In this document: positions 1-11,529 of the stretch, piece by piece
Numbering within the stretch: the first letter of the stretch is position 1
Layout of the letters: each line of letters begins with the position of its first letter
Source of the DNA: Okamejei kenojei
Lineage: Eukaryota
Assembly (NCBI GenBank): GCA_035221665.1
Contig: CM069174.1
Coordinates: 8,804,001-8,868,000, forward strand
Length of the DNA: 64,000 nt
Direction of reading: 5' to 3'
Program-made: the position numbers and the translations under genes
Notes under the pieces: model-generated
Database searches by the model: none
The model's input: only the letters and a program-made list of their open reading frames with translations
What the model was told of the DNA's origin: nothing

Positions 1-80
1 ACCCTTTGCAGCTTAACAACATCTTTCCTTTTACAGGGTGACCAAAACTGAACACAATACTCTAATTGCGGCCTCATGCA
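1..80 (-). mobile_element. CR1 fragment
   Basis: Reverse complement encodes RPQLEYCVQFWSP. Confidence 0.65.
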
Positions 81-369
81 CATTCAATTTTAGGATCTGC
101 CTTTCTTCTGCAAAGAATGTTATGGTGGGGAGACCATATTCCACCCATCATGTCTGTGCTGGTCCGTCTGCCATACCCGATTTTGTTATTAGCTACAAGA
201 TCTGCAAGTACCAGGTTAATTGGGTGGGATCTGAACCAATAGTAAGCTGAGTCACTGAGGGAATGAGATGAAGAGGTGGAAAAAACAAAGATAAAGAGAG
301 TCAAAAAGTCTCCATGACAGACTTATGGCATTTTGAAAATCTGAGCTTTTGTTTTGATCAAAGATCATT

Positions 370-830
370 ATCTACATGTCACAAGTCAGGAATATGATGG
401 AGTATTCTCCACTTGCCTGGATGAGTGCAGCCTCAACTCTCAAGAAGCTCAACATCATCAAGGAGAAAACAACCCACTTGATGAGGACCACACTCTCCAC
501 CCTAAACAATCATTGTCTCCACCGTGAAGTACAAAGTACACTGCCATTACTTGCCCAGGCACCTCCCAAAGCTATGAGCCCTACCACCTGGGACCAGGGC
601 AAGAGGTGCACGGGAACACCACCATTTGCGGGTTCCTCTTCAAGCCGCATACCATACTTACATGGAAATATGTTGCTGGTTCTTCATCATCTCTGGGTCT
701 AAATTCAAAAATTTAGAACAGCACTGTGAGTGTACCATCACTGGAAGTACTATAATGGTTCAAGAAAGCAGCAGCTTACCACCACCTTCTCAAAAGCAAT
801 TAGGGATGGGCAATAAATGCTAATTTAATG
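370..830 (+). mobile_element. CR1/L2-group LINE 3' fragment; the same family occurs on the minus strand at ~5830-6330 and ~18430-18890
   Basis: QVRNMMEYSPLAWMSA motif and the tail gcaattagggatgggcaataaatgc. Confidence 0.65.
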
Positions 831-913
831 CAAAACGCCAGAAATGAAACAAATCAAAGACCAATTTACAAGTAAGTTTATAACAGCAGGGATACCCAAG
901 TTGTTACGCCTAG

Positions 914-1005
914 CTAATGACGGGTCTCGACCTGAAAAGTCACCCATTCATTCTCTCCAGAGATGCTGCCTGTCACGCTGAGTTACTGCAGTATTTTGTA
1001 TCTAT
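914..1005 (+). mobile_element. Short Penelope-derived element, degenerate core
   Basis: gggtctcgacctgaaaagtcacccattc...gatgctgcctg...gctgagttact matches the PLE terminal repeat. Confidence 0.65.
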
Positions 1006-1018
1006 CTACTATACTCAC

Positions 1019-1153
1019 AGCCTTTGGCAGCATCCTTTGTCTCATTGAAGTCCATTCTCTCATTTGGGTTTTGCAGGATGTCAGCCCAATCGATGGACTC
1101 TGTGTGGCACAGAAACTTGTTGGATTCTAGGTATACACCTCCCACCAGAATCT
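1019..1153 (-). CDS. ERBB3: ErbB receptor exon 4 (end of L1 domain); the gene continues beyond the window start
   Basis: 135-nt exon between tttgcag| and |gtgagt encoding [45 protein letters not shown](C). It is absent from the ORF track and was translated manually. Confidence 0.92.
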
Positions 1154-2266
1154 CTGCAAAGCGCATAAAACGAAAAGGAGAGAGTTAATAAAGGTAGGGA
1201 ACAATGACAATTGGAAGCCGAGGACGAAGAGAAGAGAGAATTTAATCATACTTTTGGGACTAATGCAGGGAATTAATGAGTTTTGAATGGAGACTGAACA
1301 CAAATACAGCCAAATTTGCGTAAAATTTGAGCTCACAATATTGCAAGTAGATCACAGTTTGTAAAAACTACAGATGTTCCTTACATTGGAAACTTATTCT
1401 TGAAATATCTATCATGCCGTTCCACTTTGGCCATTGATCTTCCAAATTAAAAAAAGTTTCTTTACAAATACTCTGAACTTGTGCTAAAACCTCCGGATGG
1501 TCCCAGGAAGCCTGATTTTCAGCGGTCTTGCGATATCCTAAAAATTGTGCATCATAAGTAGAGGGTAGCTCAACCCCAAAGAGAACAAGAATGGGAGATG
1601 CAGGGATCTTAATCGTTGTAAACTCACAAACACATCTATTTGATCATTCAACATTTCTTTTTTCATCATGTATGTGATTATTCTTTGCTTCAATCTTTTA
1701 ATGGGGATCTTTGTAATGATCACACAATATTCTGTCAAGTAAATGTTTGAGTCAGTTAACTCTAAACGGGTGTCGGGGGAGGGGTGGGAGCTGAAGTAGA
1801 AATAGAGGGATAAAGGCTGTTTGCAATGAGTAGGTAATAGAATTCGATTTTAAGCCCCCTTTACGCAATGACTGTAGGCCACCCTGAAGCGAGAGTGACC
1901 ACACACAAATGGTATTTGTGAATGCAGATACCAATATCTTGGCCTAGTGATGGTTTTATTCAGCGCATTCCTCCGCAATATTACCATGATAAGCGTCAGC
2001 TTCGTTAACGAGTCACTCATACTGGATGGTGAAGTGAATCATATTGGTGGACTTAGAAACAACTGGGCAGATCAAGGCATCTTTAGCATGTGCTCCCTTG
2101 ATGGGCTGTTGGTATCAATGTCTGGTCTGAATTGAGAAAGCTAATCTCAAATAGGAAATCATTTGTTGCATTACAGACAACTTCTGGCGAGGAAAGGGAG
2201 AAGTAAGCATGGTGTATCACTGCAATATTGCCTGGGGACATTATTGGACCCAGTTATGATGCCTTC

Positions 2267-2714
2267 CGTGGGCGGAAATCCTGGGGAGGGAACGGCGTCC
2301 CCCCCATGCTTTGAGAGTTGGGGGACAATTCCCCCCCATGGTTTGTAATCCAGACTATCAGACGCTTTCTAAGGGCTGAATCGGCCCGTTCGCGGGGCCT
2401 TTCAGCGCCAGGCGCGGCTTAAAATCAAACTGCTACATCGAGGCGATCGAGGCTCCCGATGTTGAAGCCCCCGCCGGCCGATGAAAAGCCCCGCGAACGG
2501 GCCGATTCAGCCCTTAGAAAGCATGGGGGGGATTCGGGGCGGACAAAGCTGCTTTTGCTGGAGTTTGGAGTCGGTCACCAACCACGTCAGCTCTCGATGT
2601 TACCATCCACTGGGCCCATGGCCGAAGCCTCGCGTGTGTGTGTGCGCTCATGCGTGCGCGAGGCCGCCAAGAAATTGTGTCCCCCACATGCTTTGATAGC
2701 GATTTCCGTGCCTG
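2267..2714. mobile_element. hAT-type MITE
   Basis: Imperfect 14-bp TIRs (CGTGGGCGGAAATC / GATTTCCGTGCCTG), 8-bp TSD atgccttc/atgcctta, repeated subterminal cccccccatgctttga motifs and an internal 41-bp inverted repeat. Confidence 0.7.
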
Positions 2715-2799
2715 ATGCCTTAGCAGTCAAAAACAGTGCAGGTGAAGACAACCACAATTTCATCCTGAGGTGGCCCAGGTGTAAGAGGAAGAGATATCT

Positions 2800-3205
2800 A
2801 GGGGGAGTGCAGAAGGAAGGGAGAATAGGGTGGAGGTATAGTGAGAGCGAATAAGGTGGGGGTGGTTTGAGGAATGTATGGGTGACAAAGTGTGGGTGAA
2901 GATGTGGAAGAAGGGGAAGGCAAGGGGAGTGGTGTAAGGGAGAATGGAATAGGGTGAGTTGAGGGATGTGTGTGGGGAATGTGAGGTTGGGGGAGTTTGG
3001 TAAGGGGCTATGGGCTGGGAGAGCGTGGGGAGAGGGGTATGGGATATGGATTGGTTGAAGTGTATGGGCTGGGTTTGGGGAACGAGCTGGTGGGAGAAGG
3101 GTGGAGCAAGTGTGGGAGGGGGTAATGTTTGGGGAGGAATATGAGGGAAGTGGGTTGAGGGGAATGGGGAAGGAGTCAGGATGTCTGGGCTGGGGTTGTG
3201 TGGCA
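2800..3205. repeat. G/purine-rich low-complexity tract
   Basis: About 400 bp of GGG/GA/GT-rich sequence with strong strand asymmetry. Confidence 0.7.
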
Positions 3206-3887
3206 GGATAGACAGCAGCTTTTGCCTTGATTGTTTCCTCAAGCTTGTTGCCTAGTTTGAGGTGAAATTTGGCTCCAGACCTGCTCCTTGGCTGAAAATC
3301 TGGTTTGACAGAAACTGCAATTCTCTCACTGACTCATTGCAAAAGTCACAACAAATAAATCTTTTAATTAGACCTGTCATCCAAACCTTTGTCGTTAACA
3401 GAGAGCTAGAGAGAAGCACAGAAACACGTACTTGATGCAAAACAAAATAAAAGATGTCTCTTATGGGTTGATTTGCGAGGAAGAAGGGGGGGGGTCTTCA
3501 CAAAAACTTCCATTCCCAACTTAAGCCTAGTCAACTCAACTCGAGTGGCCTCAATATCTGAGCACTGGCAGATAATCCAAAGGTCCCTGTGAGGCATAAG
3601 GCAAGGTCACGTTCAAAGGTGATGGTTGCAGTGGCACTCACTGTCCATGTCGCCACGATGTGACCTCCTAAGCTCTCTAGTGTTCACAAATAAGGTACAT
3701 TGTTCAGAACAGTATGATAGAGCAAAGGAAACCAAGATGTCAGGGTGCTTGCAAAGTGCCTGAAGGGCATTGTAAGTTATTGTGGTAGGTCTTTGCCAAG
3801 CTGCTGATAGGTTCTAGAGCACTAACTACACCTAGATGGTGGGGGGATTTCTCCAACTCCACGCGCCCTCATGTCCAAAGATCATAC

Positions 3888-4074
3888 CTGTCAGGTGTTT
3901 AAAACCAAGCTGCTTCAGCCCATGAACTCCATCTTTCCTGTAGTTGAGGATCAACGACAGTGCATACTTGCCATCGTAGAGTGTCGTACCACGGATAATT
4001 CGCAGGTTTTCCAGAGGAAGGTATTCAAATTGATTCAGAGCCACAAGCAGGTAACCAGTGACCTCCCGGATTGA
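3888..4074 (-). CDS. ERBB3: ErbB receptor exon 3 (L1 domain)
   Basis: 187-nt exon between ctcag| and |gtatga encoding [62 protein letters not shown]. Phases match exons 2 and 4. Confidence 0.93.
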
Positions 4075-4329
4075 CTGAGGGGTAAAGAAGCCAAGATTAG
4101 ATCTGCAAGAGGATGTACTGCACAATGCAATAGGCCATTTGGTTACAAGTTTAGTTACACTATCAGGAACTCAAGATGCAATGCTAGCTTTATACCAACA
4201 AATCACAGGGGACAGAGCAACCAGGATGGAAAACAAACATGGTCTCATACTAGCCTGGATTGTGGTGCTCAGCGTATGGAAGGCTACTGGAAAAATCAGG
4301 GAAGGTTTTAATTTCTTATTACTCCCCTG

Positions 4330-4680
4330 AGACCCTATCACACACTCCCCGGGTAGGCTCAGCACGGCATAGATATGGTGTAAAGCTCCTCTCTGTTGTT
4401 CTGTCAAACACTTCTGGGTATTGACAGCTACAGTTAGACAAAGAGTAAAGAACCCTCTGCAGTGTCCCATCAAAAGCTCCCAGGCCAGAGACAGTATGGG
4501 TTAAACACAGAATAAAGCACCCCCTACACTGTCCCATCAAATACGTCTGCGGCAATAGCAAGATTAGACACAGCATGAAACTCCGTCCACAGTGACCCAT
4601 TACACAATCCTAGGGCAGGGACAGCACAGGTTAGATCCAGACGAAAACTTCCTCTACACTATCCCATCAAATATGCCTGT
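4330..4680. repeat. Degenerate ~66-bp minisatellite (about 5 copies)
   Basis: Recurring unit gttagaca-cagagtaaag-ctccctctacactgtcccatcaaa-cactcccagggcag. Confidence 0.75.
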
Positions 4681-6339
4681 GATGAGGACAACAAAGGTAA
4701 TACACAGATTAAATCACAAAATACTATCATATCCTCACTCCATACTACAGCAAAACTATTAATGTTTTGCGTTCCGTTCTTACAGTGGAAAATCCAATTT
4801 AGTGTCTTTACCAAGATTGTGTAATCTCTCCAAGCTGCACATACCTGAGACCTCTGTGTTCCTCTAATTCTGCCCTCTTGCATATCCTCAATTTAATCGC
4901 GGCCTTCCCCTACTCTCCCCCACAATTAGCAATCATGCCTTCAGCTTCCGAGGCCTATGGTCGAAGTTTCCTCCCCAAAGCTCTCTGCCTTCTTCCCTTC
5001 TCCCTTGTTTGGCATCTTTACAACCCACTATGGACTGTAGGTTGTAAAAGATAACTCCATTATCTTTCCTGTGACTTTTGTAAATTTCTGATTGATAATC
5101 AATCACTCCTGGGAAGCACATTCGGACATAATACTATATGAGAGGTATTGTTTATGTCCTACATTTTGCTTACTGATAAGTTACGAGAATGCTGTGAAGG
5201 AAGATGGCATTTTTCTTTTTCTATTCTGCGCCCACAAGAAACTGGGAAGAAGTCCCACTGGCAAAGTCAGCAGACAGAACAGGCTTTTGAAATGTCAGCG
5301 TGATGTTCTTTGGAAGTCAGCTGGGACAAGTTGCCTCACGATGCCCCTGAGTTTCAACCAACCAACCTGTGTTGCAATAGGAACACTATCTGATAACACT
5401 ACAACAAATCAGTCTGGCCTTTTATTTCGCTTCCTTGGTAGCAAAGAAGATCATTCTAAATATTAAGTTGCATGCCAACAGGCCAGTGTGCCACAATGCA
5501 AGAGGACCTACAGGTACAAGTGACAACTCAGGCTAGTCCATGGCCAGGGGCAGCCTCTTTGACCTCCGATTCCTAAGGGGGCTAAAACTCTGAACAGCTT
5601 GTATTGGTGCCATATGCCACAATGTTAATCTGGGCAGCTCCACACTTAGATCCCAAAGTCACAGAAAGAAGAAAACATATGTCCAGTTGTCAGCCAAATC
5701 TAGTGGCCAGCAACCTTGGGTGGTAATCTGATGGGGGGGGGGGGGCAGTCATGGGTGAACAGACTTGAGTGTCCAACAAACATTTTTTATAGCCAATGTT
5801 AGAGAGCATGTGTATTTTTCATTCTTCTCTCACAGGATGTGGCATCGCTGGCAAGACCAGATTTATTCCCCATCCCTAATTGCCCTTCGGAAGGTGGTGG
5901 TGAGCTGCGTTAAAGCTCGGCAGTCCTTCTGGTGAAGGCGTTCTCACAGTGCTGTTGTGCAGAAAGATTCAGGATTTGAACCCAGGGACAATGAAAGAGC
6001 AGCAATATGTTTCAAAGTCAAGATGATCTGAAACGTGGAAGGGAATTCATGCACTCCGTCTTGCATATTTGGGAGGTGCCGACAGAGTATCCTAGGCAAG
6101 TAACTGCATTGAATTTTGTAGACGGTACATACTGCAGCCACTTGTGCACCAGTGGTGAAGGATAAGGGTGGTTGGTGGGATGCAAATGAAGCAGCTGCAT
6201 CGTATTGGAAGGTGTTTGCAAGTATTGAATATTCCATCATATTCCAGATTTCCATTTGTAGATGTTGAAAAGACTTTTGAGTCACGAGGAGGTGTGTCAC
6301 TCACTGTAGGATACTCAGCCTCTGACTGTGGCATACAAT

Positions 6340-6565
6340 AGACAATAGACAATAGGGGCAGGAGTAGGCCATTCGGCCCTTCTAGCCAGCACCGCATTTC
6401 AATGTGATCATGGCTGATCATCCCCAATCAGTACCCCGTTCTTGCCTTCTCCCCATATCCCCTGACTCCGCTATTTTTAAGAGCCCTATCTAGCTCTCTC
6501 TTGAAAGCATCCAGAGAACCTGCCTCCACCGCCCTCTGAGGCAGAGAATTCCACAGACACACCAA
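6340..6565 (-). mobile_element. Young CR1 3' end
   Basis: caatagacaatag tail and ggccattcggcccttc motif. It is near-identical to 49815-49965. Confidence 0.8.
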
Positions 6566-7341
6566 TTCAATACATTTGGAAATCTGACTTTTAGGAATTC
6601 AGGTCACTTCCACTCGTGTTTATACACTGTATAAATTCCAACAATTAATTGTCAGAAACGCGATGAATCTTGTGTACTCAGTGTAATTTACTATTCCTAC
6701 AATCCTGTACTTAAGTATGATTGTGCCTATGTATAGTACGAGTTTTACTGAATTGTATGTAAAAGGGCTAAAGGGAATCTGACGATAAAGTACCATTGAA
6801 CCATCGTGTCTTAATAGCTCTGACCTTGTCAACTGATTACAGTCAAAGGAGTGATTGGAATGCAAGAGGCAGGCTAGGTTGGGGAGGTGTGATATTAAAG
6901 ATAATTTCTATTAAAGCACATCATTCATTAAGCACCAGGTTGTACATTATTACAGATATACTTCCGCAACCTGATCGGTGGTGCAGAGATCCATCAGAGA
7001 CAACATTCCCCATCGTAGAACATTTCTGCTAACTCTTCACTGTCACAGTTCACAAGTGGACATTCTGACATTGCACTTGTGGTGCTTGGGAACCAATGCC
7101 TTGGGGAAAGATGAGACACATTTTCGAGGAAGAAGTTTTCTTTTGTATGACATGAAAAACCCTACACTCTCAAACATCCAGTTTGTCAATCCCGTCAATT
7201 GACTTCTTGAGATGTCAAGTGAAGTAGTGATGTTCCTCCTGCAACTAATTTTAACAGAGAGGTTGATGTGATGCTCTCCATGGTTTGGGACTTATGGTCA
7301 CAGCTGCACTTTGGCTCACTGAGCATTTTCCTTCAATGGAG

Positions 7342-7760
7342 CAGCCCCATGCTTCATCATGCATGTCCCACTGAGTTACTCCAGCATGGACACACAGATT
7401 CTGTCAAGTCCTGAGTATCGTCTTCGAGGGAGGCTAAAGTCAGCGACTTCTACTGTGCAGATGGTCACAAGGTATTTGTTCCCTGCACTGGATGCATCTT
7501 ACACTTCCTTGCATCGGACAGGGAACTTGTGAAAGTGAAACTGCCTAAGAAGTGTGTTGATTTCCAAGGACTTCGAAAAACAATATGCTCTCCTAGAATT
7601 ATTTGTTCAAGGACATCGGTTGGAAAGTTGAGGGAAAATAATAATTTGGCCTTCAGTATCTAGAAGTAGAGGGGTATCTTCGTTTGTTTCACTGTATACC
7701 CTTTTAAACTTCCCCAGCCCCATGCTTCATCATGCATGTCCCACTGAGTTACTCCAGCAT
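7342..7760 (+). repeat. Perfect 46-bp direct repeat (7342-7387 and 7715-7760)
   Basis: cagccccatgcttcatcatgcatgtcccactgagttactccagcat occurs twice. Confidence 0.85.
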
Positions 7761-9595
7761 TTTGTGTCCATCTTCGATTTACTGCATCTGCAGTTCTTTC
7801 CTACCCAGGCTTCATCAGGCAGGCCCAGGCAAGCAGTGCCTTACCTGCGGTTTGCGATAAAGATTGCACATTACTCAGCGCTCCTTATCATGATGAATGT
7901 GGTGACATACCTGCATTTCAAAGAGGAAACGTACCTTTTTCCCACAGTACGTTTAGCTGAAAGAGCAGTTGAGAAAATATACTTATTTTATAACTTCAAT
8001 TGGAAAAGAATACTGTTTTAACAAAAGGACTTAGTGTGCCTTAATGCCTCTCTCTGAATTCTTAAACTTGTTATTGCATTCTCAGGATGTTCCAGCATAC
8101 TCAGCAGCCAATAATTTCTGAAGGACAATCATTGTTGTTGTGCACATAAATGCAAAAACATAAATTTGCATTTACACAGTCCATTTAGTATTATGAAATG
8201 TCCGAAGGCAGATTATCAAACAAAGTTTGACACTCAGCCATGGAAGTAGTTGTTATGACAGGTGACCAAAAGCTTGGCCTATGAAGTAAAATGTAAGGAA
8301 CAATTTAAAGGAAGAGAGAGAGGCAGAGAATGTTTAAGGAGTGAGTTCCAGACTTTGAGGCCCAGGGGCTGAGACATAACCACTGGTGGTGGAGTGATTA
8401 AACTCAGGGATGAGCAAGAGGCCAGAGATGGAGGAGCAAAGAGATTTCAGGGGCTGGAGGAGAAAGGAAATGTTAAAACACCATAAAAATTAGCCACAGT
8501 ATATCTCATTTTAGCAGGATTGGCTGAGGAAAAATATTGCTTGTTGTTCAAAGTAGGTTCAAGTCCCACTCCAGAGAAAGCATAAACATCTAAACAGTTC
8601 CCCTGGTGCAGCACTGAGGCAGCTTTACTGAATATGTTGCCTTTCAGGTGAAATATTAAACTGAGACCAGTCTGCTTTCTCAAGTGGGCATGAACGATCC
8701 CGTGGCACTGTTTAATAAGTGTGGATTTTCCACCGAGTGGTATGTGGATTTATAATATCCAATAATGTCCTACAAGCCACTATATTCCATGAAAGACATT
8801 TTGGGTATTCAGGAACAGATTTAAGCTGTGAAGCGCTTGGAACATCCTATATATGCATGCAGGCACGTGGATGTGTGAATGCCTTAAAATGTATATTGAT
8901 ATTTTTGTTATGCTTGTGTATTTGCTTGTTTTTATGTGTTTATGCACATGCACTTTGATTTATGTCCAAACATGTTGATGTGTATTAATGTTAGTCATGC
9001 ACATTGACATGCATGTGTTAATGCAGTGTGCATGCACACACATTGATGTGAGCCTGTGCTCTGGGACGTGTACACAAGTTGATGTGTGTGCACTTCACAC
9101 ATGCTGTCCTTGAATGCTCACTTGTTCTGTTGCCTAGTTTTAAAACAGGGACGGTTTACCTGGATTAAAAAGGGAATCATTTATATTTAAAAAAAGCAAC
9201 ACGGTTTTGGATGCAAAACTGCTGTCCTTCTCCAGCAGCCTGACTGGGGTTTCCCACTGCCATACTCACCACTTGGTAGTGAGTCAGTAGCCCAGTCACG
9301 CAGAGGATAAGTAGAGGAGGCCATTCAGCCCTTCCAGCCTATACTATACCAGTACCATTCCTCAATGCTATTACCTCACTTCTCATCGCCAAAGAGGGGG
9401 GCTTCGACTATGCAAGCAACAAGCAATTCCTCAGAGGCCCTCGCATCACCTCCTCACCTCCCCCCTCCCTCAGTATTTGTCACTAGGGAGGGGAAAGAGG
9501 TAGAGGGGTGGGGGGAGAAAGATCCCAGCCTCACAAAACTGGCACCGAGTCTGAATAGCTCACATCAGGCCAGGATGAAGCAAACAAATTCTTAC

Positions 9596-10130
9596 CAGGG
9601 GTAGCGCAAGGCTCTACCCATCCCCCTCTCGCTTTTAGTCATGGCACGGTGCCGACATTGATCTCGCTGCCCGAATACTGTAAACCACGGAAAGAGTCGC
9701 ATGGCCAGCTGGAAACAGGCCTACCCCGTGATGGGAAACACTCCTCTCGTTCACCTCGAATTAATAAAGAGCGTCTATGCGCCGCGTGTTTATTTGGCAA
9801 AATGGTTTCGGTTTTTTTTTTGGTGTAAGGTACACGAGCCACAAAATCCTCAGAAAGGGCCTATTTATAGTCGGCAGCTCAAGAGAAAGAAAAATATATC
9901 CACTGGAACTTGGAGAGGCGTCAACGCCGAGCGCTGCCAAGGCGGATCCGGGAGGGCGACGAGAGGCCGGCGGCGCAAACGGCCGCTCGCGCCACGAGCG
10001 CGGGCCCTCGCGTGGCCGCCACATGCACGAGAACAGCCGGGGCTGTGCGCTCCGCCACGGACGGACGCGTTTACCCGCGGCCAAGTAAAGGTCGACGCCA
10101 GCTCTTGAAGGTGGGTCGCGCTGCGGAGGT
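9596..10130 (-). promoter_or_regulatory. Intronic CpG island in ErbB intron 2, candidate internal promoter
   Basis: CpG-dense 9915-10125, CTATAAATAG (TATA/MEF2) at 9861-9870, and a CTG|GTAAGA donor at 9596/9595. Confidence 0.5.
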
Positions 10131-10203
10131 TCAGTGAGGGCATTCCTGAATCAGTCTTCGATTGATGCCAGCTGGAGGTACGCAAAAGTCGATCATAAAT
10201 CAT

Positions 10204-10306
10204 AGATAGACACACAAAGCTGGAGTAACTCAGCGGGACGGGCAGCATCTCTGGAGAGAACGAATGGGTGACGTTTCGGGTCGAGACCCTTCCTCAGACT
10301 GATGGA
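10204..10306 (-). mobile_element. Short Penelope-derived element with intact hammerhead core
   Basis: Reverse complement reads CTGAGGAAGGGTCTCGACCCGAAACGTCACCC (core 10270-10297). It is flanked by a cataaatcat direct repeat. Confidence 0.75.
10270..10297 (-). ncRNA. Minimal type I hammerhead ribozyme motif, sense to the ErbB pre-mRNA
   Basis: CUGAGGA-A-[GGGU CUCG ACCC]-GAAAC-GUC. Confidence 0.55.
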
Positions 10307-10369
10307 CATAAATCATGTTCGATCATTATAAATCATTGATCGATCATAAATCAGTCAGGTTTGTGCTCT

Positions 10370-11075
10370 GCACGAAATGCCACCAGAACCCTGTGGGATG
10401 GTTTCCCGAGCACCCTGTCAAAGTCATTTGGACATTTGCCTCATTGCCAAAACGTTCACAAAAGGAAGAAGGTCCTTGCTCTGGTTGGTCTTGAGAAAGG
10501 GCCTCGTTGTCACTCCTTTCATGCATGATTGGCAATGTATGCTGCCTTCTTGCTGGTTGCAAGATGGAAAATAAGATGATGTCCATCTCCTTAAAGAAGG
10601 CCAGGGAATGAGATACAAGAGTCAAGGTCCATCTTTAATGAGCTGCATGACTGTACGGGATGTTCCCAGAGAAACGCACTGTGACAAATATTAACTGCTG
10701 CTGGCAAACCATCAACACATTAAAATACACCTGTTGATCTACCCAAAAGCCACCAGTAATCCAGAGTAATGTGTTATCTGCAACACAGTGCTGCAAACTG
10801 TCATGCTCGGAGGAACAGGGCCACATCCTGAGGGATGTGATGAAGCAGGAGGACCACCGCAAGGGCCCCAAGAGTCACAGTTTAAAGCCCCCCTTCACTT
10901 GCTAATTAGTTGAAATCTGTGCTAAAACCCCATACTTGGTTTAAGGTTTCGAATGATTGATAACTGATGGTGTGCTGATGTTAAATGATGGGAACAACAT
11001 GACTTGTGAAGAAAATGTCAACTTGAATGTTCTGTATTACATGCTTAGAATTTATTTTATGAATAAAGTATCACA
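10370..11075 (+). mobile_element. Tx1-clade LINE 3' fragment
   Basis: PVGWFPEHPVKVIW, LWLVLRKGLVVTPFMH and LYGMFPEKRTVTNINCCWQTIN motifs. It ends with aataaa. Confidence 0.6.
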
Positions 11076-11529
11076 AAAGCATGCTCAGGATGAGGCTAAC
11101 TCATTGCATCTTTGGTGTGCTAACATAAGTTGAAATTAAAGTTTGGCAATATGTACTGGCATTGGGACTAACCTACTGGTCTCACAGCATGTATTAGGCC
11201 CTGAGGAATACCCTCTCTGTTCAGTTGGAGTCTCCTCAAGCTGCCCTCGAGGATACAACAGGAACAAAACCTTCACCCCCTCCTCCTGCTGAAGACTCTC
11301 CCTTCACATGAAAAGTGTAGAGTGGGATGTACTCTGCTTCACCTCCAATCGCTGTATAAATCAGTGGACCGTTCCTACCGAGAGACGTCAAGTGCTGCTG
11401 GAAGACCACCAGCAAAAGAGGCTCCTGTGGTCTGTGCCTACCTGCTGCTCTTGCAGCTGAAATAATTGTCCATGATTACAGGTCCAGGAGTATGTGCTGC
11501 AAGGAACCCCCTGCAAAAAAACAGTGCTA

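Noticed and set aside
80-910. Search for ErbB exon 5 (Cys-rich, CWG motif)
   Set aside because: No matching minus-strand exon was seen, so it presumably lies beyond the window start.
2760-3242. 160-aa Pro/His/Ser-rich ORF
   Set aside because: It is a by-product of the G-rich low-complexity tract and has no splice or domain support.
9701-10248. Several overlapping Arg/Ala/Gly-rich ORFs
   Set aside because: Stop-poor frames are expected in a CpG island, and no domain is recognisable.
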